From positions 26,352 to 90,351 of IMG/VR virus record IMGVR_UViG_3300044986_000731: a stretch of 64,000 nucleotides of DNA; one strand, given 5' to 3'. The notes under the pieces were generated by a model. The model did no database searches, was not told the DNA's origin, and was given only the letters and a program-made list of their open reading frames with translations. Below, piece after piece: positions 9,829 to 20,400 of this stretch. How positions within the stretch are numbered: the first letter of the stretch is position 1; every line of letters begins with the position of its first letter. This stretch comes from a virus. Made by a program: the position numbers and the translations under genes.

Positions 9829-10179
9829 TTGGCGACCTACTCGGTCCTACCAGACACACTCGACGTAGTCTTCGTGCAGGGCGATGAACTCAGCCTGCTC
9901 TTAGACTTCGACCAAGACCTTTCCGGGTATGTTTTCGAGACCCGGATTATCGAAGTTCTGGGCGTCTCGGGCGGAAACGTGACGTCATATAACAACGTCA
10001 TGGTCTTCACGCAGACCATCGTGTCGCTCCCAGACGGACGCATCAATCTTTCGCTCACAGAGTTGCAGACGCAGTCCCTTAGCCTGACAGGCAACTATCG
10101 CTGGTTCATGCGATGGGTCGCGCCGGGGTTCATTACGCGGACTGTCCTGAGCGGAACCATCTCAGTGAGGAGTCCGTGA
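9829..10179 (+). CDS. virion structural/adaptor protein, paralog of 4298..4618
   Basis: GGAGGTG RBS, TTG start; FVQGD...GRINLSLT...RTVLSG. Confidence 0.6.
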   Translation: MATYSVLPDTLDVVFVQGDELSLLLDFDQDLSGYVFETRIIEVLGVSGGNVTSYNNVMVFTQTIVSLPDGRINLSLTELQTQSLSLTGNYRWFMRWVAPGFITRTVLSGTISVRSP

Positions 10180-10180
10180 C

Positions 10181-12061
10181 ATGCCCGTGAGCGTCACAGC
10201 CGCGCCGTTGATCAACGTCTCTATCTCTGGAGGCATCGGGCCGGCAATTATCGTCGACGGCTCCGCGACGAGCGTCGTGGGCGTCATCGGCGTCAACCCA
10301 TTCATCGCCGGTCCGAACATCTCTCTGGCGACGTCGAGCCTCGGGATCACGATCTCGGCAGCGAATCCACCTGTTTCGAGCGTGCAGTCGAGGACAGGCA
10401 CGGTCGTCATCACGCTCGCGGACCTCACCGGGGCTGCGGCAGTCCACACACACGGGACTGCGAGCATCACAGGCCTGACCGCCGCGATCGTCGCGAACTC
10501 GCCGGTCTCCAGCGTGCAGTCGAGGACCGGAGACGTCGTCCTCACCCTTGCAGACCTCACGGGGGCTGCGGCAGTCCACACGCACGCGACGAGCGATGTG
10601 GTTGGTTTGACCACGGCGATCTCGGCGAACTCCCCCGTGTCCAGCGTTCAGTCGAGGACAGGGGCAGTGGTGCTGACCCTTGCCGACCTCACCGGCGCAG
10701 CGGCAGTCCACACACACTCGACGAGCGACGTGGTGGGGCTGACCACGGCGATCTCGGCGAACTCGCCCGTGTCCAGTGTTCAGTCGAGGACAGGGGCTGT
10801 GGTTTTGTCGCTCGCCGACTTTACTGGCGCTGCGGCCATTCACACGCACTCCACGAACGATGTTGTCGGGCTGACCACCATCCCGAGCGTCGTCTCGGTG
10901 AACGGCATCACGGGCAAGCCCACGATCGTGGCCGGAAATGGCGTGACGGTCAGCACGTCAGGGTCGAACATCACGATCGAGTCTGGCAGTGGGCTGCCGT
11001 CGCAGGGAGGAAACGCCGACAGAGTCTTGGCGACCGACGGCACGTCGGCAGTCTGGGCCACGAGGTACAGCATCGTCGACCCGGTGATCGTGCAGGGAGA
11101 TGGAGTCACGATCACACGGGACACGACGAGCGGAAGCATCACGATCGAGGCTGCCGGCGGGACGTCAGGTGTCACACTCGGCAGTGGCACGCCTCAGCCT
11201 CTCGGAGTGGCTGCCTCCGGGTCTAGTTCTCTTGCGTCACGGCAAGACCACGTCCATCAACTGCCGACGATCGCCGACATCACGGCGGCGGCTGCCTCGC
11301 ACACCCACCTCGCTGCGAGCGTGACTGATCTGACCACGGTCGCCAATGTCGTCTCTGTCAATGGGCAGACTGGCGTCGTGACAGTGACTGGCGGCTCGGG
11401 GTCTACGGCGGCTTCTGTATCGACCAAGACTCCAACCTTGAACCCGTCCAACGACTACGACGCAGGCACCACCGACGTCGTGCGAGTCGACCCGACGACG
11501 AGCATCACGCTCACAGGCCTCGCTGGAGGGGCGTCTGGCGTGGTGAAACTGCTCGTCAACGTGAGCACGAACGACGTGCTGCTCTCGTCGTCGAACACGA
11601 ACAGCAGTTCCACGAATCGGTTCTTGTTCACGGGCACAGAGCGAGTGCTCGGAGAGAATGACTCGGCGTCGACGTTCTACGATGCGACCAGTTCGAGGTG
11701 GAGGCTCGTCGGGCACGAGCCGGCCGGTCCTCCGCTGCTCTGGACCGGGGTCACGATCAACACAAACCTCAACAACTACTCGATGGGCACGGCGACAGTG
11801 CTGCTCGCGTATGTCGTTGGGTCGAGGCAGATCACGGGCTTTTCGGGCGGTGCCGAGAACAGGGCCATTCGAGTCGTGAATGCCTCGACGAACTCACTAA
11901 CGCTCGTGCACAACAGCAATTCCAGCGACCTCAGCAACAGGCTCCTGATCGACACGGGCACTGATCGCACCCTCGACGAGAACGATCAGGCGGAACTCCT
12001 CTACGACCCGATCACGATGCGGTGGAGGGTGACGCCGTGCTGCGGCCAGCCCAGCAGTTGA
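10181..12061 (+). CDS. fibre-like protein with 40-aa HxH repeats and a duplicated C-terminal domain
   Basis: 4x PVSSVQSRTG.VVLTLADLTGAAAVHTH; two ITG..GG...V.N.ST...NR.L....R.L.END....YD....RWR domains. Confidence 0.7.
   Translation: MPVSVTAAPLINVSISGGIGPAIIVDGSATSVVGVIGVNPFIAGPNISLATSSLGITISAANPPVSSVQSRTGTVVITLADLTGAAAVHTHGTASITGLTAAIVANSPVSSVQSRTGDVVLTLADLTGAAAVHTHATSDVVGLTTAISANSPVSSVQSRTGAVVLTLADLTGAAAVHTHSTSDVVGLTTAISANSPVSSVQSRTGAVVLSLADFTGAAAIHTHSTNDVVGLTTIPSVVSVNGITGKPTIVAGNGVTVSTSGSNITIESGSGLPSQGGNADRVLATDGTSAVWATRYSIVDPVIVQGDGVTITRDTTSGSITIEAAGGTSGVTLGSGTPQPLGVAASGSSSLASRQDHVHQLPTIADITAAAASHTHLAASVTDLTTVANVVSVNGQTGVVTVTGGSGSTAASVSTKTPTLNPSNDYDAGTTDVVRVDPTTSITLTGLAGGASGVVKLLVNVSTNDVLLSSSNTNSSSTNRFLFTGTERVLGENDSASTFYDATSSRWRLVGHEPAGPPLLWTGVTINTNLNNYSMGTATVLLAYVVGSRQITGFSGGAENRAIRVVNASTNSLTLVHNSNSSDLSNRLLIDTGTDRTLDENDQAELLYDPITMRWRVTPCCGQPSS
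10363..10880 (+). repeat. ~120-bp tandem repeat, about 4 copies
   Basis: Recurrent CAGTCGAGGAC...GACCTCAC...GCGGCAGTCCACAC units. Confidence 0.85.
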
Positions 12062-13161
12062 TTGGTTCGCGAATCGTCTCCGTGTGCTCCCGCCTCGCGA
12101 GGGCACCTCTCTCTGGGAAGACGCTCTCGGCGAGGCAGCGTGTCGTCGACTCGCTCGGATGCGACGAGCGGCTGCCGCAATGGATCGCAGAGGAGGCCGA
12201 GAAGCGTGGATACTCGCTGTCAGACGACGCGATCTCTCGGATTATCGCCATTGCCAGCCGCCGCCGAGGTGGTGGCTACTGGAAGTCGAAGCGGCAAGAC
12301 CTCTCGGTCGTGATGTGCCACTACAACCCAGCAAGATGGGAGACGACTCCGAGACTGCTCTACGAGACATGCGAATCGGTCGTCGAGGCAGGCATCTCGC
12401 CTCTGGTCTTGCAGGTCACATTGCCCGGGCAGTCGCCCGCTGCCGTGCCTGATGGCGTTCAGAGCGTCTATTTCGAGAGCGATTCTGTGCTCTTCCTCAA
12501 AGAGAATCTCTGGAACATCGCCTACAGAATGACGACGACCCCGAAGGTACTTTTCCTCGACGGGGACGTGCTCTTCACTCGCAGGGACTTGTTTGACGCT
12601 GTGAGCGAGAGCCTCGACGAGAAAGACGTGATCCAGCCGTATGCGATCGCAACGTGGCTCGATCGCGATGGCAAGATCGACCTCGTCCGCGAGCCTTCGG
12701 TTCAGGCAATCGAGCGTGGCGAGCAGCCGCTCCTCGGAAGGTACCACCCGGGCTTCGCGTGGGCGATGACTCGCGAGTTCTTCGATCGCTGCGGGGGGTT
12801 CTATGAGCGGCACCCGATGGGCGGCGGAGACGCTGCTTTCGTGTTCGCGATGACTCCCGGCGTGCCGAAATTACCGAAGAGCGACTCGCACGCATTCGCA
12901 GAGACGCAGTCGTACAAGTCATATCGCGAGAAGATGCTCTCGCTGAAGCCGGCCGTCGGCTACATCGCAGGGACTGTGTATCACAAGTGGCACGGGACTC
13001 GCGAAAATAGAAAATACGAGGAGCGATACAAGTACATGCCGAGGATGGTCAACGGCGAGTATCCTCTCGCGAACCGCGAGGACGGGCTTCTCGTCTGGGA
13101 GTCGCGAGAGCACAGCGACCTCGCGTTTCGGTACTTCGTTGGACGTCAGGAGGACGGATGA
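12022..13161 (+). CDS. GT-A glycosyltransferase (GT2/GT7-like); start uncertain
   Basis: KENLWN, LFLDGD (DxD), HPGFAWA, GGGD, HKWHG..ENRKY. Confidence 0.75.
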   Translation: MEGDAVLRPAQQLIGSRIVSVCSRLARAPLSGKTLSARQRVVDSLGCDERLPQWIAEEAEKRGYSLSDDAISRIIAIASRRRGGGYWKSKRQDLSVVMCHYNPARWETTPRLLYETCESVVEAGISPLVLQVTLPGQSPAAVPDGVQSVYFESDSVLFLKENLWNIAYRMTTTPKVLFLDGDVLFTRRDLFDAVSESLDEKDVIQPYAIATWLDRDGKIDLVREPSVQAIERGEQPLLGRYHPGFAWAMTREFFDRCGGFYERHPMGGGDAAFVFAMTPGVPKLPKSDSHAFAETQSYKSYREKMLSLKPAVGYIAGTVYHKWHGTRENRKYEERYKYMPRMVNGEYPLANREDGLLVWESREHSDLAFRYFVGRQEDG

Positions 13162-13709
13162 GCACGTACACGGCGGACTGGTTTTCGTACTCGATTCCTG
13201 TCTGGAAGAACGTCGTCGTCCCGAATCTGCGTCAGGGAGCCGGAAGAAAGTTTCTTGAACTTGGCTCATACGAGGGGCGATCGGCCGAGTGGCTGCTCGA
13301 CAACGTCATGTCGCCGGGGGACGAACTGACGTGCGTTGATATCTGGAGATCAGACGACGCTGAGAAAAGATTCGACGAAAACGTCGGCGACCGAGTCAAG
13401 AAAGTGAAGCGAGACGGAACGCAGGCACTGCTCTCTCTCGTGCAGATGGGCGAGAAGTTCGACTGCATCTATATCGACGGCGACCACAACGGCCGGGTCG
13501 TCCTCGAAAACGCCGTGATCGCGTGGATGCTGCTGCCAATTGGCGGAGTCATGGTGTTCGACGACTATCGCTATGCCGTGCCCATGCAGTACTCGATGGG
13601 TTCGATCGACACTCGGTTTGGGATCGATGCGTTCCTCGACTGCTACACGCTGAAAATTCGCGTGCTGCATAAGACCGCGCAGGTTGTCATCGTGAGGTGT
13701 GAGCAATGA
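13158..13709 (+). CDS. class I SAM-dependent methyltransferase (Methyltransf_24-like)
   Basis: FLELGSYEGRS, TCVDIW, FDCIYIDGDH, GGVMVFDDY. Confidence 0.85.
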   Translation: MSTYTADWFSYSIPVWKNVVVPNLRQGAGRKFLELGSYEGRSAEWLLDNVMSPGDELTCVDIWRSDDAEKRFDENVGDRVKKVKRDGTQALLSLVQMGEKFDCIYIDGDHNGRVVLENAVIAWMLLPIGGVMVFDDYRYAVPMQYSMGSIDTRFGIDAFLDCYTLKIRVLHKTAQVVIVRCEQ

Positions 13710-14050
13710 TGAAAATGCTGCTGCTTCGCCCGTCGCAGGGTGTGCCGAAGGCACCTGACAGGATTCAGCCCATCACGGCGAGCGGGTGGTCTGGGCTTGC
13801 CGTGGAGTACGATCCTCTGACTGGTCCGGCGACGAGCGACGTGACGTTCACCGTTGGGGTCGCCGGGACGTTTCGTCTTGCCGGGTACACGCAGACAGGG
13901 TGGACGGTCAGGAAGAACGGAACCGTGCTCCACTCCGAGGCTGATTCTTTCCCATACGGGACTGTCGCGGTCGCGGTCGGAGACCTGATCAGACTGACAT
14001 CGTCGAGCGGCAACTTCGCAGCCGGCTACATCGAGGTCTGGATCGAGTGA
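13706..14050 (+). CDS. hypothetical beta-rich protein
   Basis: Start/stop overlaps with both neighbours. Confidence 0.55.
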   Translation: MMKMLLLRPSQGVPKAPDRIQPITASGWSGLAVEYDPLTGPATSDVTFTVGVAGTFRLAGYTQTGWTVRKNGTVLHSEADSFPYGTVAVAVGDLIRLTSSSGNFAAGYIEVWIE

Positions 14051-14367
14051 TGCCGAAGAGACTCGAATTCCATCGCGCGAAGAAACCCCGCTACCGCGAA
14101 GGACGCCCCTCGTCGTTCGCCCGGGGCTATGGAGGCCCCGAGTGGTCGAGCCTCCGCCGGCAGGTGCTCATCAGGGACGCATGGCAATGCAGGCAGTGTG
14201 GGAAGATTTGCGAAGATGGGGGAGATGCACAGGTTGACCACATTTTGGCAAAACGGGCAGGTGGGGCAGACTCGCTAGACAACCTCCAGACGCTGTGCAG
14301 GCGGTGCCACGGAAAGAAGACGAAATGCGATCTGAGGGGCCTAGCAGGCCCTGAGAAGGCCACTTAG
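14047..14367 (+). CDS. HNH endonuclease (HK97 gp74-like terminase cofactor)
   Basis: RGYG..W..LR..VL.RD..C..C...VDHI......G.....NLQTLC..CH..KT; upstream of TerS. Confidence 0.9.
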   Translation: MMPKRLEFHRAKKPRYREGRPSSFARGYGGPEWSSLRRQVLIRDAWQCRQCGKICEDGGDAQVDHILAKRAGGADSLDNLQTLCRRCHGKKTKCDLRGLAGPEKAT

Positions 14368-14416
14368 GGTCTGGTGGCTATCCTGACACCCCTGAGACCA
14401 TCGGGCTTTATAGGCC

Positions 14417-14750
14417 CGGGACCAGCCCTCTCTCGTTTTTCGAGAACCTCTGGTCCCCTCTAAGTCCCTGTCAGCATTGGACTTACGACGACTGGGACCA
14501 AAAAATCGATTTTTTCGGGCGCGTACGCACACGGAAAAAAGTCGTGGTCCCTTGGTCCCCGGTCCCAGCAGCGCGTAAGTGCTTGATTTACAAGGACTTA
14601 GGTGGGGACCACCCAAAAAAGTTGACTGGTCCCTTTCATAAGGATGACAGATATCTTCCATAAGTGATTCTGGGGTCTGGAATCGAGGTCAGGAGGGGGT
14701 CGTTTTCGCGTGTGCACACGCACGCGAGCGCGAGACTTCGCGTGGTCCCT
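14417..14750. repeat. cluster of GGGACC/GGTCCC motifs plus two 25-bp TAAGT...ACTTA palindromes
   Basis: About 9 copies in both orientations; palindromes at 14461-14485 and 14576-14600. Confidence 0.75.
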
Positions 14751-15153
14751 CTCACGAATCCTCTGTTTTTCCCGGGAAATACAAATCGCTTAGTACGCGG
14801 GCGTGATCACATACACACACACGCGCGCCTGCGAGGGGGTGGAGGAGGCAGGAGCGCGGGCAGGAGGCAGGCACCTGAGTGATCGCAGGGTCTCCTGTGA
14901 TCGCGCGGCAGCGCGGCAGGAACAAAATCTTCCTGCCGCGCTTCCTGCCGCGCATAAAACCCCGGAAAATGCGACACTTTCTCACGCGCGCGGCAGCGCG
15001 GCAGCAAAAACCAGATTTTTTCTTCGCGCGTGTCGCGAATTTTTTTCTTCCTGCCGCGCCTCGCCCAGACACACAAAGCATCACGCGAGAAGCGATCGCG
15101 AAGGCGAGGCGACCTCGCAGAGCCTTTAGGTTTCGCGCGATCAAACTCACTCG

Positions 15154-15258
15154 TTTGCAGAACCTCCAAGGTTTTGCAAAGCCCTCGCGAGTCTCGTTTG
15201 CAGAACCTCCAAGGTTTTGCAAAACCTCGCGTTTGCAGAACCTCCAAGGTTTTGCAAA
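15154..15258. repeat. three copies of 27-bp imperfect palindrome TTTGCAGAACCTCCAAGGTTTTGCAAA
   Basis: 15154-15180, 15197-15223, 15232-15258. Confidence 0.9.
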
Positions 15259-15424
15259 GCCCTCGCGAGTCGCGAACTTTACGTGCGAAAGCCCTCTCGC
15301 GAGAATGAATGAGCGGGCCTACTCCCGGGGAGTGTCGCGTTTGTGCGCGAACGCAAACGCAAGCCCGAGCGTGCGTCGTTCCGTGAGCGCCCGCAGAATT
15401 TTGGACCGGGGTTTTCCGGCAAAA

Positions 15425-15889
15425 ATGGGCAGAACTCCCGCCCCGACCTCGCTCAAGGTTCTCCGGGGCAATCCGGGTCAGCGACCGCTGAACGCCGAGG
15501 AGCCAATTCCGCCCCCGGCCGACCCGAACCCACCCTCGAACCTCGCCGGCGTCGCTCTTGAGAAGTGGGACGAGATGGTCGACCTGCTCTCGAAGATGGG
15601 CGTGTTCACTGCCGCCGATCGGCAGCCGCTCCAGCGGTACTGCCTCATGTACGAGCAGTGGCTCGCGCTCGAAGCGCACTGCCGTGAGCATGGTTGGACT
15701 CAGGTGACGCAGTCTGGCTACAGCCAGATCACCGCCGAGGCCACGCTCATCAAATCTCTTCGGGCCGACATGCTCGCGATCGAGCGACAGTTCGGCATGA
15801 CACCCGCCGCACGTTCCTCGATCAAGGCTCCCGGTGCCTCTGCCCCCGAAAATCCTCTTGCCGCGTATATCTCGCGACGAGGCGGTTGA
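15425..15889 (+). CDS. terminase small subunit (P27 family)
   Basis: MGRTPAPTSLKVLRGNPGQRPLN..EP; QFGMTPAARS. Confidence 0.9.
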   Translation: MGRTPAPTSLKVLRGNPGQRPLNAEEPIPPPADPNPPSNLAGVALEKWDEMVDLLSKMGVFTAADRQPLQRYCLMYEQWLALEAHCREHGWTQVTQSGYSQITAEATLIKSLRADMLAIERQFGMTPAARSSIKAPGASAPENPLAAYISRRGG

Positions 15890-17453
15890 ACAAGGCGAGC
15901 CGTTCTACTTCGACGAGGACAAGGCCGCACACGCGGTCGGGTTCTTCGAGAAGTTCTTGATCCACTCGAAGGGTCGCTTCGCCGGCAAGCCCTTCACGCT
16001 CTTGCCGTGGCAGAGGCACGACGTCATCGAGGAACTCTTCGGCTGGATGAGGGTCGACAACGACCGGAGGAAGTACAGGGTCGGGTACATCGAGGTTCCC
16101 AAAAAAAACGGAAAATCGACCCTCCTCTCCGGCATTGGACTCTACATGCTGATTGCTGACGGCGAGCCGTCGGCCGAGTGCTTCGGGGCGGCGAATTCCC
16201 GCGATCAGGCTGGCATCGTCTACAAGCAGATGAAAGAGTTGGTGCAGGCCAGCCCCTACCTCTCGTCGATGCTGGAGATCGTCGACTCTCGCAAGACCAT
16301 CGCGTGCGTCCCGACGAACTCTTTCTGGCGTGTGATCTCGTCTGACGCCGGCCGTCAGGAAGGTCTGAATATTCACTCGCTCTGTTATGACGAAATCCAT
16401 CAGAGCCGCGACCGGGCGCTATGGGATGCGGTTCGCTACGGTTCTATCTCCAGAGATCAGGGCCTCGTTCTGGCGATTACCACGGCCGGCGTCGACCGGG
16501 ACTCGATCGGCTACGAGTTGCACTCGCAGGCGATCAAGGTCATGGAAGACCCCTCGTACGATCACCAGTTCTTCGCCTACGTGCGTGCTGCGTCTCAGGA
16601 CGACGACTACCGCAGCCCGGCCGTCTGGAAGGCCGCAAATCCTTCGTTCGGCGTCACGATGGACGAGGAGACGTTCAAGGCAGACGTGCTCGAAGCCGAG
16701 AGGTCCGGCGGCTCGAAACTCGCCGGCTTCCTGCGATACAGGCTCAATATCTGGGTGCACGGCGAGAACAAGTTCGTGAACCTGACCCAGTGGGACAAGT
16801 GCAAGGGCCGGTCCGGCCACCTCGACAAGTCCCGTGTCTGGTACTGCGGACTCGACCTCGCTCAGACGTGGGACGTGAACGCATTCGTCGCCGTCTCGAA
16901 GGCTCACGACGACGTCTACGACTGCCTGTTCAAGTTCTGGATTCCAGCCGATAACGCTCATCAACGCCGCGAGGAAGTGCCGTACGTGCTCTGGGCGAAA
17001 GACGAGTCGACCGGACTCGTGATGACGCCCGGGGACACCTGCGACTACGAATTCATCAAGCGAGACATACTCGCGTTCGCCAAGGAGCGTCAGGTCGCGA
17101 AGGTTCTCTGCGACCCGCACAACGCCCACTACCTCACGCAACAACTTCAGGCCGAGGGCCTGACAGTGCTAGGCTTTTCACAGTCGTTCGCCTCGATGAA
17201 CTCGTCGACGCGAATGCTGGAGACATTGATCAGTCAAGGTCGTCTGAGGACTCAGGACAACCCTGTCATCAACTGGATGGCCGGCAATGCGGTGACGAAG
17301 ACCTCGGCCGAGGGGTACATCAAGATCGTGAAGCCCGCATCTACCAGCCCGGCGAGAGTCGACGGAATGGTCGCGCTCGTGATGGCACTCGCTGGCGCCA
17401 GTGACGCCGAGGCTGCCGCCAAGACTCCAGAGCCGGAGATTCTCGTCCTATGA
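15834..17453 (+). CDS. terminase large subunit (Terminase_1, HK97/D3-like)
   Basis: LLPWQ, EVPKKNGKS (Walker A), CYDEIH (Walker B), ITTAG, ANPS, GLDLA, RVDGMVALVMA. Confidence 0.95.
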   Translation: MPLPPKILLPRISRDEAVEQGEPFYFDEDKAAHAVGFFEKFLIHSKGRFAGKPFTLLPWQRHDVIEELFGWMRVDNDRRKYRVGYIEVPKKNGKSTLLSGIGLYMLIADGEPSAECFGAANSRDQAGIVYKQMKELVQASPYLSSMLEIVDSRKTIACVPTNSFWRVISSDAGRQEGLNIHSLCYDEIHQSRDRALWDAVRYGSISRDQGLVLAITTAGVDRDSIGYELHSQAIKVMEDPSYDHQFFAYVRAASQDDDYRSPAVWKAANPSFGVTMDEETFKADVLEAERSGGSKLAGFLRYRLNIWVHGENKFVNLTQWDKCKGRSGHLDKSRVWYCGLDLAQTWDVNAFVAVSKAHDDVYDCLFKFWIPADNAHQRREEVPYVLWAKDESTGLVMTPGDTCDYEFIKRDILAFAKERQVAKVLCDPHNAHYLTQQLQAEGLTVLGFSQSFASMNSSTRMLETLISQGRLRTQDNPVINWMAGNAVTKTSAEGYIKIVKPASTSPARVDGMVALVMALAGASDAEAAAKTPEPEILVL

Positions 17454-20400
17454 GCGAAGAGCGAGTTCTCTCTGACGTAGTCTGGACACCGGAACGCGGC
17501 TCTGCCGACCAGCCCGAAGTGCGGTCGATGTATTGGAACAACCTGCTCTTCGGCGACGACGGCTTCAACGGCCGGACCCAGACATCTGCGGATATCAGGA
17601 TCACGCCCGACACGGCCCTTCAGAGCACTGTCGTGCTCGCTGCGTGTCGCATCCTCGCCGAGTCGATCGCGAGCATGCCTCTCCACGTCTACCGCAGGAC
17701 GAAGGACGGCTACCGCGAGATCGCGAGCGACGTGCCGCTCTACAAGGTTCTCTCGTTTGCGCCCAACGAGTGGCAGACGAAGTTCGAGTTCTTCGAGCAG
17801 ATGGTGATGAACCTCACCCTGTGGGGTAACTCATACAGCCGCATTCGCTCGGGCAGGTACGGAGCCGTCTCGGCTCTCGACAACTTCCACCCGTCGAACA
17901 TGGAAGTTGAGCGTCTTGAGAACGGCCGACTGCGGTACTCGTACATGAACCCTGAGACCGGGCGAGTCGAGAGGTACTCGCAAGACGACATCATGCACGT
18001 CCGGTGGACGCCCGAGCCGAACGGCATCAAGGGCATGGTGCCTGTCGAGATCGCGAGAGAAGCGATCGCGCTGGCTCGTGCGTGCGAGATTCACGCCGGC
18101 CGGTTCTGGGCGAACTCAGCACGCCCGGGGATCGTGCTCCAGACGGACAGTTCTCTCTCGCCGGAGGCTGCCGAGAGGCTCCGCGACAACTGGGAGCGGA
18201 TTCATAGGGGAGTCGATCGAGCGAGCCGCACAGCGATCCTCACGAATGGACTCCGCGTCGAGCAGGTCGGATTCAACGCCGAGCAGTCCCAGTACGAGTC
18301 GACACGCCGCTTTCAGAGTGAGGAGATCGCGAGAGTCTACAGGTTGCCGCTCTCGCTCATTCAGGGCCAGTCCTCCGGAAGCATCGAGGAGAACGGTCAA
18401 GAGTTCGTCACCTACACGCTCGTGCCGTGGCTCCGACGCATCGAGTCGGCCATCTCGCGAAGCCTGATCTACAACGACGACGTGTTCTTCGCGGAGTTCG
18501 ACACGAAGGGCCTGATGCGGGGCAACTCAAACGCCCGCGCGGGCTTCTATTCGACGATGATCAACCTCGGCTTGATGACTCACAACGAATGCCGTCGCGC
18601 CGAGAACCTTCCACCCATCGGAGAGATCGGCGACCACCACCTCGTCGCGATGAATCTCCAGCCGCTCGAAGCGGCGACGAAGCCGAAGGAGCCGCCGCCG
18701 GGGATGCCGGGGATGCCGGGGCCACCGCCGGAGGCTGCCGGAGGCGTGCCGAGCCTGCCCGGGGTCAAGACTGGCAAGACTCCGACCGAGTCCGAGCAGG
18801 GCGAGGCCTCCGAGAAGAAGCCGGACGAGCCGCTCGTCGAGTACGCCGAGGGCAAGTTCGGCCGGGTCAAGCACGTCATGGAGGAAGGCACGCTCGACCT
18901 GAAGTCCGGCGAGAAGATCGAGGTCGAGCCGGGCAAGCCCGTGGCTCTCGTCGTCGACGAGGAGACCGGAGAAGAGGTCGGCGTCGAGGCGTCAAAACTC
19001 AAGCCAGTCGAGGAGAAGCCGGCCGTCGAGGAGAAGCGAGGCCTCACGCCACAGAGCGAGGCCCTGTACAAGTCGCAGGAAGAGATCGCGAGGAAGCACG
19101 GTCGGTGGAAGCAGGCCGACGCACACTACGTGCCACGCTCGCCGTTTGCCACCAAGGGCATGGTGTGCCGCAACTGCGTCTACTACGAGGACGGCGGCGC
19201 GTGCGAGATCGTCAAGGGTGGCATCAACCCGGACGGCATCTGCAAACTCTGGGTGATCCCGAGCGAGAAACTCGTCGAGACGCGATCGCCGGAGGAGGAG
19301 GCCCGCTCCGCCGACTGCGGTCGAGACGAGGGCGGCAGGTTCGGCTCTGGAAACAAATGCCAAGAGGACGGCAGCGGAGGTGGAGGCTCCGGGGGAGGAA
19401 TGTCGTCGCCGGCCGGCGGCGAGCCAGACAAGGTGTACGGGAGCGTATCCCCGGACGTGAAACTTCCGCCGCCTGTCCGCACGATCGACGCCGAGGCGTT
19501 GCTCGAACAAATCTCGAAGAACCCGAACGGATTCACGCTCGACCCGTACTCGGCTGAGTCTCCGTCCGACGGAATCATGGTGAGCGAGTTCAAAAACGAC
19601 TCGCGTCGCTCGGTGAAACTCAGTGCCAAGGACATCGTCACTAAGGAAGGGCGAGACTCGTTCGCAAACTGGCTGAAGTCAAACTCGGACGTGCTTCAGG
19701 GCTTCGAGGGCGAGCGGTTCGTCGGAGGGTGGAGAGCGGGCGACGACTTCTACATCGACATCAGCACTCGGTTCTCGCCGGAAGAGGCGGAGCGAGCACT
19801 GGAGGTCGGACGCGACTCGGGCCAGTTGGCTGTGTTCAACTTGGGCACGCTCAAGGAAACGTGGGTGCAGTACGACTCGGGCGACGACAGGAAGCCTCCT
19901 GAGTGGGACCGGGCGTTCGCACGCGCGAGGAAGGACGCTCAGGTCGATCAGGTCTACGGCGACGCTCCCGATCTTCAGGATGAGGACATCGCTGCCGACC
20001 TCTCGAAGCACGGCAAAAAGACCGTTCGGGCGTATAATCTCGCCGAGGAGACAGAGAATGGAACAGCCGCAGCGGTTCGACGTGCCGGCGAAGAAGAAGA
20101 GCCTGTTGGAGACGTACCGCGCGATGCGGACGTACTTCGAGAAGGTCGCGGAGAGCCAAGGCAAGACTCTCGATCCGTCGTGGTACGAGGACGGGCCGGA
20201 CCAGATGCCGCAACTGTACGAGGATCAGACGCCGCAAGACGGCTGATCGAGAACGCCGAGGCCGCATACCGAGCGGCGTTCGGCAGCACGCCCTTCCCTC
20301 GCGTGGAGTTCCGCGACATCGGCGACGCATACGCCTACTACTCGCCAGAAGACGACACGCTCTACGTGTCACCTGACGCAGGCGAGCCAGACGACTCAGA

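Larger units (their letters stand above)
14368..15424. other. large non-coding region, probable cos/packaging site and/or origin
   Basis: Between HNH and TerS; A/T tracts and dense direct and inverted repeats; no credible ORF. Confidence 0.55.

Noticed and set aside
6442-12061. Diversity-generating retroelement or invertible shufflon
   Set aside because: No reverse transcriptase, no adenine-specific TR/VR pair, no inverted cassettes or adjacent invertase.
15154-15258. CRISPR array
   Set aside because: Only three repeats; spacers are 8-16 bp and similar to each other; no cas genes.
14879-15424. N-terminal extension of TerS (336-aa ORF)
   Set aside because: Translates the repeat region; the P27-family N-terminus begins at ATG 15425.
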